DNA of 64,000 bases from positions 41,728,001 to 41,792,000 of the forward strand of contig NC_086108.1 of NCBI RefSeq assembly GCF_963921235.1, in the 5' to 3' direction. The notes under the pieces were generated by a model, which was not told the origin of the DNA, searched no databases, and saw only the letters and a list, made by a program, of their open reading frames with translations. The stretch is from Mobula hypostoma. Lineage: Eukaryota. Shown here one piece after another: positions 1 through 13,524 of this stretch. Every line of letters begins with the position of its first letter. The stretch's first letter is position 1. The translations under genes and the position numbers were made by a program.

Positions 1-1730
1 TTTTTATTATTTGAAAAGTGAAGTTTGAGCTTGGTATCTATATAAAATCAAAGCATATCATTCCATTATCAAATGCATGAACTGTAATTTAACCCCAGTT
101 GCAACACTGAGATTGCAGTTGATTGTGATCAAACTCCATTTAATTCTGCTTTTTTTTATTTTCTTAACCTTTTGGTTCACAAAAAATTCTCATTCTCACA
201 TTCAAAATTAACAACAGACCAAGCCATCAAAGGGTACTTGTGGAAGGGAGTTCCAGATTGCTACTGTGCCTTGAGGATTGAAATATTTCCTAACTCTAAT
301 ATTTTAGAAGATACAATTATTTTCTAAATTCTGAAAAAAATATTTTTGCTTACACATTCAACACTATCTTTGTATAATTCTGTGTACTTTAATAATGAAA
401 GATTTCTAACCTATTGAAAATGCATTTTACAATTTTATGTGAATTAGAATTTTGAAACTAAAATTACATCCACAATATTGTGCAAGAGTTTATTTTTTAC
501 TGGGTCACTGGGAATGTTTAAGATGATGGCAGCTCCATTCTGCAATTAATTCCTCTTCAGAAAGTCCTAGTATTATAGTTTAATGTAATGTGATTAAATA
601 AAAATCAATATTAAAATATTCACACAGGCAATACCAAATTTTTATAGGAAAGAGTAAATGTGTCAATCAATCAAAAGAAAATATTGTGAAGCATTCATTA
701 TAGGCACCTTGTGTACATTCATAACCTCTGCTCCTTAGAGCTGTGTTCTGCTGATCACAATTCCACAAGCATCTGTACGAAAACCACATGCTCCTCAACT
801 GTCAGCTGACAAGCTAAGATATCTCTATATTGCTCGTGTTAAGAGAATTTTAAGGGCCATTTTAACAGATGTTGGAACTGCAATTTTACATGATCAGAAA
901 CAATCTCTCAAATAACATCTTAATGCTCTACATTGATCTTGGCTAGTATGAATATTTGGTTTAATAAAGACAAATTGCTTTTAATATGAAATTTGCATAC
1001 AAGTTAAAATGGTGCAAGACACTTGCTAGACTTGCTTGTATTTGATACCAACAAAATAATCAATAAATAACGGAGGACACGTATTGAGCAACTGTGAGAA
1101 AGGCATTAAGGGTTTCCTGAAGTTAATTTGTTCTGACTCTTCGTGCTTCTCTCTTACTTATTAGTTCAGCTGCATAGAAAACTGTGACTTGACAGACAGG
1201 AATGTACCTTTATCAATGATAGGCGGCAGGGTGGTTAAATCTCCTTTTATAGTGTTGGAAAAGTAAATGAGAGCATGTAACTGTCAATGATTAACCAACA
1301 GAATAACTTGGCTCACTCTAGTCTAAAGGATGTCTAATTATTTGACTGATGGAGCAGTAGTACATGGTTTTAGTGATACAGACTTCTTTATACTCCTAAA
1401 TATCACAGGAATATTTGGAAACCTCAGTTTTGTGATTCCTCATCCCATACTAACAGAAACATCGCAACAACTGGGATAAGACCAGAGTCTGGAGCTGTTG
1501 AACTATGTCCACAAATTCATTGGAATCACTGTTCATATAATTCCAGAATACTTTTGGAAAGAGTGACTTACCTTTTTTGTATTAGGACCATACACATAAA
1601 AACACTTAGGCTTTGATAAATAAATGCTAGATCTTAACCTAATGATCACCAATATGCATTAGAGTAGGAACTTTATTCCAACTCTTCTAGGTGCTTCTAA
1701 TGTAACAAGCAGAAATATATTTCCTTAAGG

Positions 1731-4700
1731 CAGGTGGTCCTAGAAAGTTAGTGAACCCTGTAGAATTTTATCTATTTCTGTATAAATATGACCTAAAATG
1801 TAACTAGATCTTCATGTAAGTCCTAAAACTAGATAAAGAGAACCCAATTAAATAAATAACACATAAAAGTTTTACTTGTTCAATTATTTACAGAGGAAAA
1901 ATGATCCAATATTGCATGTATTTGTTGGAAAATATATGTGGACCTTTGCTTTCTGTAACTGGTCTGACTCCCTTGTACAACAATAACTTCAACCAAATGC
2001 TTCCGGTAACTGTTGATCAGTTCTGCACATTGACTTGGAAGCATTTTAGACCGTTCCTCCAAACAAAACTGTTTCAGTTCATCAATATTTCTAGGATATC
2101 TTGCATGAACAGCCCTTTCAGATCATGGCACAGCACCTCAATTGGGTTAAGCTCTGGACTCTGACTTGGCCATTTCAAAACATGAATGTTCTCCTTTTTA
2201 AACCATTCCTTTGTTGATTTCCTCCTGTCTTTCTGATCATTGTCTTGTTGCGTCATCCAACTTCTATTAAGCTTCAGGTGACAGATCACTACCCTAATAT
2301 TCTTCTGTAAAATGTCGATACAATTTTGAATTTATAGTTCCCTCAACAATTGCAAGCTGTCCAGGCCCTGAGGCAGCAAAGCAGCCCCGAACTTTGATGA
2401 TCCTTCCACCATGTTTCACAGTTGTTAGGAGGTTTTGGTGTTGGTGTGCAGCGCCCTTTTTGCTCCAAAAATAGAATCAGGTTTATTATCACTGGCACTT
2501 GTCAAGAAATTAGTTAACTTAGCAGCAGAAGTTCAATGTAATACATAACATAAAAACAAAAAAGTAAAAATAAATAAATAATTCGATTACAATATATGTA
2601 TATTGAATAGATTAAAAATCGTGCACAAACAGAAATAATATATTTAAAAAGTGAAGTAGTGTTCATTCATGGGTTTAAGAATTTGATGGTAGAAGGGAAG
2701 AAGTTGTTCCTGAATCACTGAGTGTGTGCCTTACGGCTTCTGTACCTCCTACCTGATGGTAACAGTGAGGAAAGGACATGCCCTGGGTGGTGGGGGTCCT
2801 TAATAATGGATGCTGCCTTTCTGAAACACCGCTCCTTGGAGATGTCCTGGGTACTTAGTAGGTTAGTACCGAAGATGGAGCTGACTAAATTTACGACCCT
2901 ATGCAGCTTCTTTCGGTCCTGTGCAGTAGCCCCTCCATACCAGACAGTGATGTAGCCTGTCAGAATGCTCTCCACAGTATCCATCTATAGAAGTTTTCGA
3001 GTGTATTTGTTAACCTGCCAAATCTCTTCAAACTCCTAATGAAGTATATTGCTGTCTTGCCTTCTTTATAACTGCATCGATATGTTGGGACCAGGTTAGG
3101 TCTTCAGAGATCTTGACACCCCGGAACTTGAAACTGCTCACTCTCTCCACTTCTGATCCCTCTATGAGGATTGGTATGTGTTCCTTCGTCTTACCCTTCC
3201 TGAAGTCCACAATCAGCTCTTTCATCTTACTGACATTGAGCGCAAAGTTGGTGCTGTGACCCCACTCCACTAGCTGGTATACCTCGCTCCTGTACACCCT
3301 CTCATCTCCATCTGAGATTCTACCAACAATGGTTGTATCATCAGCAATGGTTGTATTATAGATGGTATTTGAGCTATGCCTAGCCACACAGTCATGGGTA
3401 CAGAGAGAGTAGAGCAGTGGACTAAGCACATATCCCTGAGGTGTGCCAGTGTTAATCGTCAGCGAACAGGAGATGTTATCTCCAATCCACACAGATTGTG
3501 GTCTTCTGGTCAGAAAGTCGAGGATCCAATTGCAGAGGGAGGCACAAAGGCCCAGTTTCTGTAACTTATCAATCAGAATTGTGGGAATTACGCTATTAAA
3601 TGCTGAGCTACAGTCAATGAACAACATCCTGACATAGGTGTTTGTGTTGTCCAGGTGGTCTAATGCCATGTGAGAGCTATGGAGACTGCATCTGCCATTG
3701 ACCTATTGTGGCGATAGGCAAATTGCAGTGGGTCCAGGTCCTTGCTGCGGCATGAGTTCAGTTTAGTCATGACCAACCTCTCAAAGCATTTCATCGCTGC
3801 CGATGTGAGTGCTACCAGGCAATAGTCATCAAGGCGGCTCACATTATTCTTCTTAGGCACTGGTATAATTGTTGCCTTTTTGAAGCAAGTGGGAGGTAGC
3901 AGTCGAAGGTTGAAAATGTCCTTAAATACTCCCGCCAGCTGGTTGCAACAGGTTTTCAGAGCCTTACCGGGTACTCCGTCAGGGCCTTCCACCTTGCAAG
4001 GGTTCACCCTCTTTAATGACAACCTAATATCGGCCTCTGAGACTGAGATCAAAGGGTCACCGGATGCAGCAGGGATCTTCACAGTTGCAGTTATATTCTC
4101 CCGTTCAAAGCAGACATAGAGGGCGTTGAGTTCATCTGGTAGTGAAGCAACACTGCCATTCATGCTATTGGGTTTCGCTTTGTAGAAAGTAATGTCTTAT
4201 AAAGCCTGCCAGAGTTGTCGTGCATCTGATGTCACCTCCAACCTCGTTCGAACTTGTCTTCACCCTTGAAATAGCCCTCCACAAATCATACCTGGTTTTC
4301 TGGTACAGACCTAGGTCACCAGACTTGAATGCCACAGACCTTGCCTTCAGCAGACAACATACCTCCTGGTTCATCTACAGGTTTTGGTTTGGGAATATAC
4401 AGCAAGTCTTTGTAGGCACACAGTCATCCACACAGGTTTTAATGAAGTCGGTAATGACTGCAGCATACTCATCCAGGTACAAAGATGAATCCCTGAGTAC
4501 AGTCCAGACCACCAATTCAAAGCAGTCCTGTAGGCGCTCCTGTGCTTCCCTTGTCCATACCTTCTTGGTCCTCACTACTGGTGCTGCAGTCTTCAGTCTC
4601 TGCCTATACTCAGGAAGTAGAAGTACAGCCAGGTGATCAGACTTCCTGAAGTGACAGCATGGAATATCACAGTAGGTATTCTTGATGGTGGTGTTACAAT

Positions 4701-5732
4701 GGTGCAGTGTGTTGTTTCCTCTGGTATTGCAAGTGATCTGTTGATGGTAATTATTTAGTGATTTTTTTTACACAATGGCCTGGGTGAAATCCCCCAAAAT
4801 GATGGTAAAGGATTTAAGGTGTGCTGTTTTGTGCATGTTGATCCCATTGCTCAGATCATCTAAAACCTGATCATCTAAATTAGTGTGTATTTCTGCCAAA
4901 ATGTTCAACTTTTGTCTCATCTGTCCACAGAATATTATCCCAGTAGCATTGTGAAACATCCAGGTGGTCTTTCGTAAACTTCAGATGTGCAGCAATTTTT
5001 TTTTTGGAGAGCAGTGGTTTACACCATGGTGTCCTTCTATGAACACCATTCTTGTTCAGTGCTTTTCTTATAGTGGACTCATGAACAGAGACTTCAGCAA
5101 GTTCTAAAGATTTCTGAAGGTCTCTTGTTTTAAACCTTGGGTTCTTTTTCACCTTCTTCAGCACTGAGCATTCTGCTCTTGGTGTGATCTTCGAAGGACA
5201 CCCATTCGTAGGGAGAGTAGCAACAGCACTGAATTTCCTCTGTTTGAAGACAAGTTCTCTTAAAGTGGACTGATGAACAGTCAGATCTTTAGAAGTACTC
5301 TTATAGCCTTGTCCAGCTTTGTGCCTCTCTACATTTCTTCTCCTAAGGTCCTCTGAAAGTTACTTTGATTGAGACATGGTGCACATAAAGAGATGTTTCT
5401 TGAGAAGAGCAGGCTCTGTCAGTAACCTGACTTTGTGTGTCTTTTTTTAAAGGACAGGGCACCTCTACAACCCACACCTCCAATCTCATCTCATTGATTG
5501 GAACACCTGACTCCAATTGGCTTTTGTAGAAGGCATTACCCCAGAAATTCACATACTTTTTTGAACCTAGACTGTGATTGTAGTAATGACAAGAAGAAGT
5601 ACAATGGTTTGTATGTTATTAGTTTAGGCAGAATGTGTTTCTCTATTATTGTGCCACATTTTGAGTAATTTATGCAGAAAACCAGATAATTGCAAAAGGT
5701 TCACAAGGTTCCCTATTTTGTTCTTGCAATTG
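1731..5732 (-). mobile_element. Tc1/mariner DNA transposon (degraded), split by a nested LINE
   Basis: Minus-strand transposase pieces: 4880-5164 (KKNPR...WDNILWTDETKVEHFG) and 2074-2289 (QQDND...WPSQSPELNPIE), which are DD34E motifs. Ends are loosely inverted (GTGAACC near 1751, GGTTCAC near 5698) with TA at the right end. Confidence 0.85.
2473..4878 (-). mobile_element. Rex1/Babar-type LINE (family A), 5'-truncated and frameshifted, nested in Tc1
   Basis: RT ORF pieces 3660-4163 ([11 protein letters not shown]), 3028-3669 ([15 protein letters not shown]) and 2715-2984. 3' end AATAAACCTGATTCT on the minus strand. Same family as 32747-34840. Confidence 0.9.
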
Positions 5733-6244
5733 TATAATTATGGTCTAAAAATAAAACCCTTTGGATACACTAATGTAGTAATAATATTAACAACCAACTA
5801 AGCCAAGGTACATGTTGACATTGGTCCACCGAATCCATTATCTGCATGAGGAATTCCTCGACAGGCCATCAATGCATTTTCAAATAATACTCTAATGTGA
5901 TGTTTTGATATCAGCAAGTTGTTAGTAGCTTTCTTTTCTTAAAAAGGACAAATTCTCTTTGATGCCAGTTTATTCTCCGAATCAGCTCCACCCAAAACAT
6001 TATGAAGGTGAGAATAGCTGAATTTCAAACTAATTAGCCAAAATACCCAAAAGGGAATATGCAAGAAAGAAAATGCAAAAGTAAGTCAATGCCAACTCAA
6101 TTTACCTTAAGATCCCAAACAAAAGCATACACCAGTGTTGGACCTATCTCTATTACCCACTGAAAGACTCCCAGAAATAACTATTTAATAATTTTAACCA
6201 TTTTGCACTGATATAATTTGTAGTTTCACACGGTACCCCGGTTA

Positions 6245-8492
6245 AACATAGAACGTAGAATAGTACAGCACAGTACAGGCCCTTCGGCCCACAATGTTGT
6301 GCCAACCTTCAAACCCTGCCTCCCATATAAGCCTCCACCTTAAATTCCTCCATATACCTGTCTAGTAGTCTCTTAAACTTCACCAGTGTATCTGCCTCCA
6401 CCACTGACTCAGGCAGTGCATTCCACGCACCAACCACTCTCTGAGTAAAAAACCTTCCTCTAATATCCCCCTTGAACTTACCACCCCTTACCATGTCCTC
6501 TTGTATTGAGCAGTGGTGCCCTGGGGAAGAGGCGCTGGCTATCCGCTCTATCTATTCCTCTTATTATCTTGTATACCTCTATCATGTCTCCTCTCATCCT
6601 CCTTCTCTCCAAAGAGTAAAGCCCTAGCTCCCATAATCTCTGATCATAATGCATACTTTCTAAACCAGGCAGCATCCTGGTAAATCTCCTTTGTACCCTT
6701 TCCAATGCTTCCACATCCTTCCTATAGTGAGGTGACCAGAACTGGACACAGTACTCCAAGTGTGGCCTAACCAGAGTTTTATAGAGCTGCATCATTACAT
6801 TGCGACTCTTAAACTCTATCCCTCGACTTATGAAAGCTAACACCCCATAAGCTTTCTTAACTACCCTATCCACCTGTGAGGCAACTTTCAGGGATCTGTG
6901 GACTTGTACCCCGAGATCCCTCTGCTCCTCCACACTACCAAGTATCCTGCCATTTACTTTGTACTCTGCCTTGGAGTTTGTCCTTCCAAAGTGTACCACC
7001 TCACACTTCTCCAGGTTGAACTCCATCTGCCACTTCTCAGCCCACTCCTGCATCCTATCAATGTCTCTCTGCAATCTCTGACAATCCTCTACACTATCTA
7101 CAGCACCACCAACCTTTGCGTAGTCTGCAAACTTGCCAACCCACCCTTCCACCCCCACATCCAGGTCATTAATAAAAATCGAGAAAAGTACAGGTCCCAG
7201 AACAGATCCTTGTGGGACACCACTAGTCACAATCCTCCAATCTGAATGTACTCCCTCCACCACCACCCTCTGCCTTCTGCAGGCAAGCCAATTCTGAATC
7301 CACCTGGCCAAACTTCCCTGGATCCCATGCCTTCTAACTTTCTGAATAAGCCTACCGTGTGGAACCTTGTCAAATGCCTTACTAAAATCCATACAGATCA
7401 CATCCACTGCACTACCCTCATCTATACGCCTGGTCACCTCCTCCAAAGAACTCTATCAGGCTTGTTAGACACAATCTGCCCTTCACAAAGCCATACTGAC
7501 TGTCCCTGATCAGACCATGATTCTCTAAATGCCTATAGATCCTATCTCTAAGAATCTTTTCTAACAGCTTTCCCACTACAGATGTAAATCTCACTGGTCT
7601 ATAATTACCCGGACTATCCCTACTACCTTTTTTGAACAAGGGGACAACATTCGCCTCCCCCCAATCCTCCGGTACCATTCTGGTGGACAACGAGGACATA
7701 ATAATCCTAGCCAAAGGCTCAGCAATCTCTTCTCTCGCCTGGTGGAGCAGCCTGGGGAATATTCCGTCAGGCCCCGGGGACTTATCTGTCCTAATGTATT
7801 TTAACAACTCCAACACCTCCTCTCCCTTAATATCAACATGCTCCAGAACATTAACCTCACTCATATTGTCCTCACCATCATCTAGTTCCCTCTCATTGGT
7901 GAATACTGAAGAGAAGTATTCATTGAGGACCTCGCTCATTTCCACAGCCTCCAGGCACATCTTCCCACATTTATCTCTAATCGGTCCTACCTTCACTCCT
8001 GTCATCCTTTTTTTCTTCACATAATTGAAGAATGCCTTGGGGTTTTCCTTTACCCTACTCACCAAGGCCTTCTCATGCCCCCTTCTTGCTCTTCTCAGCC
8101 CCTTCTTAAGCTCCTTTCTTGCTTCCCTATATTCCTCAATAGACCCATCTGATCCTTGCTTCCTAAACCTCATATATGCTGCCTTCTTCCACCTGACTAG
8201 ATTTTCCACCTCACTTGTCACCCATGGTTCCTTCACCCTACCATTCTTTATCTTCCTCACTGGGACAAATTTATCCCTAACATCCCGCAAGAGATCCCTA
8301 AACATTGACCACATGTCCATAGTACATTTCCCTGCAAAAACATCATCCCAATTCACACCCGCAAGTTCTAGCCTTATAGCCTCGTAATTTGCCTTTCCCC
8401 AATTAAAAATTTTCCTGTCCTCTCAGATTCTATCCTTTTCCGTGATAATGCTAAAGGCCAGGGAGTGGTGGTCACTGTCCCCCAGATGCTCT
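6245..8492 (-). mobile_element. CR1 LINE, 5'-truncated (ORF2 RT and 3' UTR)
   Basis: ORFs 7418-8356 (KSPGPDGI, GNYRPV) and 6478-7446 (DFSKAFDKVPH, GVPQGSVLGP, RPHLEYCVQFWSP), then FFTQRVVGAWNALP and a short-repeat tail (TTCTATG-like) at about 6245. Confidence 0.93.
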
Positions 8493-8502
8493 ACTGCTAT
8501 GC

Positions 8503-9117
8503 TGTGAGGTATTTTTATTTTAGCAGTTTTCTGGAAAAGCAGTGTGTTCTGCTGGTAAGAGTGTTTTGCCTTCGGCTGAAGATAAGGAGCCATGTTGTGT
8601 CAGCCAATCAGCAGTGGCATAGCATGGAACATTTTCAGACGGAGCAGGAAGAGTTTTCTCAAGGTCAGTTGTCTGGTTTGGGTCTTTAGGCGGGAGGTGT
8701 AGAAAGGAGAGCAGCAGGGAAGATGCCTGGGGGATCCCATCCGAAGGGGTGCCCCTACTGTAAGGAGTGCTTCACGAGGTGGAGTATTCCAGGAAGGGAA
8801 GTTCTACCTGTAGTTGGTGAAAGAATTTACTGCCATAAGTAAAGTTACTCCCGGCTACTGCAGAAATGAGCTCCAATGTCTATGTGCTCATTTAGACTTG
8901 TTTAACTGTAACAGGCCCTTTTATCTATCTTTTCCTTTCTCTGTCTGATAAAGTTGAAAATTGGTAAATATACTTTCTTTATAATTTTATGCTGGTGTAC
9001 AATCTGTCCTTTCTAGGCTACCAATAACTACGTATGTGTAGTATTTACATGACATTCGCTCAAATCGAGGTTCCCTTAATCAGAACATCCTGACATTCCT
9101 GTTTGCTTAAACCCCAG
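8503..9117 (+). mobile_element. Putative diverged Gypsy-type LTR fragment
   Basis: Starts TGTGAGG. Motif order matches the LTRs at 15986 and 19389 (CCAAT box, GGCGGGAG-AG-rich block, GAGCTCCAA, T-rich 3' part). No TSD found; interrupted by a LINE tail at 9118. Confidence 0.35.
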
Positions 9118-9323
9118 ATCATACATAGTCATACTTTATTGATCCCGAGGGAAATTGGCTTTTGTTACAGTTGCACCATAAATAATTAAATAGTAATAAA
9201 ACCATAAATAATTAAATAGTAATATGTAAATGCCAGGAAATAAGTCCAGGACCAGCCTATTGGCTCAGGGTGTCTGACCCTCCAAGGGAGGAGTTGTGAA
9301 GTTTGGTGGCCACAGGCAGGAAT
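9118..9323 (-). mobile_element. 3'-end fragment of Rex1/Babar-type LINE (family B)
   Basis: Near-identical to the 3' end of the element at 10532-10740. Confidence 0.85.
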
Positions 9324-9437
9324 ACGGACCATTGATGTGTATTACAGCCTTCCCACAGCTGAGTTTTGTGGCTATTAGCAGGGTTAGTTAACGAGCCATT
9401 GGTGTACGAGTCTGCAGAGAGGGTTGCACACGGATTA

Positions 9438-10016
9438 AGGCTGATTTATACTGCGTCAAATGGACACCGCAACATACACAAGTGGCCTATGCGCGTTGTG
9501 AGCATTTATACTTGTGCGTTGGTGTGCCTGCGTTGCTCTGCAATTCGGGCATGTCGCGCATGCGCACACACCTGCCCGCACAAAGCTTCGTGGTCATGGT
9601 AGTCTTTCTCGGGGTAAACAAGTTTAAAGCGAGCGTCTTTTTTCGTAAAAGCGAAATGTGTCCTCCACAATTTCGGAGATCTGTAAAGCTTTATGGAAAG
9701 CATTGCAGCCAGAGTTCCTTCCCCACCCTACAGTCGCCCAATGGGAAGCTATTGCAGCATAGGAGGAAATGCGATGCTACCAAGCAGACCAATCACAGTT
9801 GTTGCGGTCTGCGTTGCCGCGACGCGTAGTTACATTTTGGGAGAGGTGCGCGTCAGGCTACAGTGTAGGGATCCGCGTAGGCTCTGCATAGGATTCACAG
9901 CTACGCCGTACCTACAAAACTCAACAGGTCAGGCAGCATCTATAGAAGGAAATAAGCAGTTATACTACGGGTTGATACCTACGGCATCAATTTGACGCAG
10001 AAGTATAAATCAGCGT
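9438..10016. mobile_element. Non-autonomous PIF/Harbinger-type MITE
   Basis: TIRs AGGCTGATTTATACT(---)GCGTCAAAT and ATTTGACGCAGAAGTATAAATCAGCGT. 3-bp TTA target duplication at 9435-9437 and 10017-10019. No coding capacity. Confidence 0.8.
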
Positions 10017-10315
10017 TTATACTGTAATATTCAGAATGTAGATGGAGTTCTGTAAAAGAATAAACAGTGATGCAATACCTTTTAAAAGGTAGTCTACTTC
10101 TCTGCTCTTCACTTCAACCCCCACCCATTCTCACTAGGTCCCCACTAGGTAAAATGCACAGTGCTGTGAGGACACAACTGAGCTTTACTGGTGCAGGTTC
10201 ACCCTGGTTAGGCTTCACACAGAATGAAAAACTGGTCTGGAATTGTAGGACTTGGGGAAAAAAATGCTGATCTTCTGGCTCCCAACAATAGTTAACAGCA
10301 TCTAGGAGATCCTGA

Positions 10316-10530
10316 GACACAAGCAATTCTGCAGATGCTAGGAATATTGAACAACACATGCAAAATGCTGGAGGAACTCAGCAGGCCAAGCAGCACCCAT
10401 GGAGAGGAATACACAGTCGTGTTTCAGGCCGAGACCCTTCATAAGGCCCGATGAAGGGTCTCAGCCCGTAGTATAACTGCTTATTTCCTTCTATAGATGC
10501 TGCCTGATCTGTTGAGTTTTGTGTGTGTTG
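10316..10530. repeat. Penelope-derived palindromic repeat (inverted pseudo-LTR with degenerate hammerhead cores)
   Basis: GCTGGAGGAACTCAGCAGG...GAGACCCTTCAT followed by the inverted arm ATGAAGGGTCTC...AGATGCTGCCTG. Confidence 0.7.
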
Positions 10531-10531
10531 T

Positions 10532-12612
10532 TAGTCATAGTCATAGTCATACTTTATTAATCCCGGGGGAAATTGGTTTTCATTACAGTTGCTCCATAAA
10601 TAATAAATAGTAATAGAACCATAAATAGTTAATAGTAATATGTAAATTATGCCAGTAAATTATGAAATAAGTCCAGGACCAGCCTATGTCTGACCCTCCA
10701 AGGGAGGAGTTGTAAAGTTTGATGGCCACAGGCAGGAATGACTTCCTATGACGTTCAGTGTTGCATCTCGAAGGAATGACTCTCTGGCTGAATGTACTCC
10801 TGTGCCCACCCAGTACATTATGTAGTGGATGGGAGACATTGACCAAGATGCCATGCAACTTAGACAGCATCCTCTTTTCAGACACCATCGTGAGAGAGTC
10901 CAGTTCCATGCCCACTACATCACTGGCCTTACGAATGAGTTTGTTGATTCTGTTGGTGTCTGCCACCCTCAGCCTGTTGCACCAGCACACAACAGCAAAC
11001 ATGATAGCACTGGCCACCACAGACTCGTAGAACATCCTCAGCATCGTCCGGCAAATGTTAAAGGACCTCAGTCTCCTCAGGAAATAGAGACGGCTCTGAC
11101 CCTTCCTGTAGACAGCCTCAGTGTTCTTTAACCAGTCCAGTTTATTATCAATTCGTATCCCCAGGTATTTGTAATCCTCCACCATGTCCACACTGACCCC
11201 CTGGATGGAAACGGGGGTCACCGGTATCTTAGCTCTCCTCAGGTCTACCACTAGCTCCTTAGTCTTTTTCACATTAAGCTGCAGATAATTCTGCTCACAC
11301 CATGTGACAAAATTTCCTACCATAGCCCTGTACTCAGCCTCATCTCCCTTGCTGATGCATCCAACTAAGGCAGAGTCATCCGAAAACTTCTGAAGATGAC
11401 AAGACTCTGCGCAACAGTTGAAGTCCAAGGTGTAAATGGTGAAGAGAAAGGGAGACAAGACAGTCCCCTGTGGAGCCCCAGTGTTGCTGATCACTCTGTC
11501 GGACACACTATTTTGCAAGCACACGTACTGTGGTCTGCCAGTCAGGTAATCAAGAATCCATGATACCAGGGAAGCATCCACCTGCATCGCTGTCAGCTTC
11601 TCCCCCAGCAGAGCAGGGCGGATGGTGTTGAACGCACTGGAGAAGTCAAAAAACATGACCCTCACAGTGCTCGCTGGCTTGTCCAGGTGGGTGTAGACAT
11701 GGTTCAGCAGGAAGACGATGGCATCCTCAACTCCTAGTCAGGGCTGGTAGGCGAACTGGAGGGGATCTAAGTGTGGCCTGACCATAGGCCGGAGCAGCTC
11801 CAGTACAAGTCTCTCCAGGGTCTTCATGATGTGGGAGGTCATTGCCATCGGTCTGTAGTCATTGAGGCCGCTAGGGTGCGGCGTCTTCGGCACAGGGACG
11901 AGGCAGGACGTCTTCCACAGCACAGGAACCCTCTGGAGCCTCAGGCTCAGGTTGAAGACATGGCGAAGTACTCCACATAGCTGAGGGGCACAGGTTTTGA
12001 GCACCCTGGTACTGATACCATCTGGTCCTGCAGCCTTGCTTGGGTTGAGACGTTTCAGCTGTCTTCTCACCTGTACAGCTGTGAAGCCCACCGTGGTGGT
12101 TTCATGTGGGGAAGGGGTATAGTCATGAGAGCAGGGTGGGGGACTGTGAGGAGGGGTAGGAGGGGAGAGTGGAATATGTGCTGGTTGGGGGCCGACAACA
12201 GATGGCTCATGTGTGGGATGGGCAGGGGCCACAATGTCAAATCTGTTAAAGAACAGGTTAAGTTCATTGGCCCTGTCCACACTGCCTTCAGCTCCTCTGT
12301 TGCTAGTTTGCTGGAACCCAGTGATGGTCCTCATCCCCCTCCAGACCTCTCTCATGTTGTTCTGCTGGAGTTTCCATTCAAGCTTCCTCCTGTACCTGTC
12401 TTTAGCCTCCCTGATCCTGGCTTTCAGGTCACTCTGTATTGCCCTCAGCTCCTCCCTATTTCCATCTCTGAACGCCCTCTTTTTAGCATTCAGGATGTCC
12501 TTAATGTCCTTTGTCACCCATGGCTTGTTATTTGAATAATAAAGGACAGTTTTTGTCAGAACATTGCAGCCCACACAGAAGTTGATGTAATCAGTGAGGC
12601 ACTCTGTGAGCC
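10532..12612 (-). mobile_element. Rex1/Babar-type LINE (family B), 5'-truncated, relatively young
   Basis: ORFs 11738-12637 (KAAGPDGI, DPLQFAYQP) and 10583-11665 (FFDFSSAFNTI, GAPQGTVLSP, KFSDDS). (GACTAT)n tail at 10532-10551. Confidence 0.92.
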
Positions 12613-13524
12613 AACCTGAGGACAACCTGAGGTACATCAGTTGTGATTGGGAAGATTAAAAACTGTTTACCTTCCAGCCTTTGGTCATGCAGCTGGGTCA
12701 CAGTTTTTTGGGAACTTCTGGTTTTCCAGGCTAGCACTCCTCAGCCAATCCACACAGACCCTACAGGAACTCAGTGAAAGCTCCACCATTTCTCCAAACT
12801 CGTAGGGCATGCCCTCCTGTGCTGAGAATCTCCATAACAGATGCTTCAGCCCTCACAAACCTCTATATATCTCCAAGCACAACACTCTACTGCCACCCTC
12901 CTGACAGGCGAATGCAAAAAAAAACTTGTGCAAAGGTCAGATCTGACTCTTCTTGGGCTCCTTTCAATATAAATATTAGGTCCATGTATAACACAGGGGG
13001 AGTCCAACAACAGCATAGGTTAGACAGGAGCCTGAACAAAATATATTTTCCAAAATATAACAGAAACGCTTTCAAAGTTCAGCCATCACTGGCTTTCATT
13101 ATAAATTTGAGTTTAGATGATCATTAACACTGCAGAATGTCCCAGAGATGACTGAATATGCTGCAGCTAAAACAGTATCCCACCGTTCGTTCCAGATTAC
13201 AGTCTCCTTTCAAATACTCCCTATTCTATATTGCCAAACCAGTCCTCATTCTCAAAACCAGTGAAAACTTAATAAGACCAATGCAATCAGGAGAGATGAA
13301 CCTCCTTTAAAGAGTGGCTGTTCTTAACATAAAAGTAATTTCAGGTGAATTAAAACCCATAGTTATTGTCTAGAATCATGTGCCAATTTGGTTTTGGAAT
13401 TTGGCTGAAACTTTTCAACACAGTTTTGAGGTCTTCATTATAACACCTGTAGTTACTGAGACATGTCTATTCAATGGCCTGAACTGCAATTTAGGTACAA
13501 GGCAAGGCTAACAGCAGCCATTTT

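Noticed and set aside
3326..3357. Altered RT motif (IADDTT) as a novel variant
   Set aside because: It results from a small local duplication of CAATGGTTGTAT in a dead copy; the sister copy at 33211-34212 has YKFADDTT.
6478..12637. Long RT ORFs as active autonomous LINEs
   Set aside because: All are 5'-truncated, lack ORF1 and a complete endonuclease, and contain stops or frameshifts.
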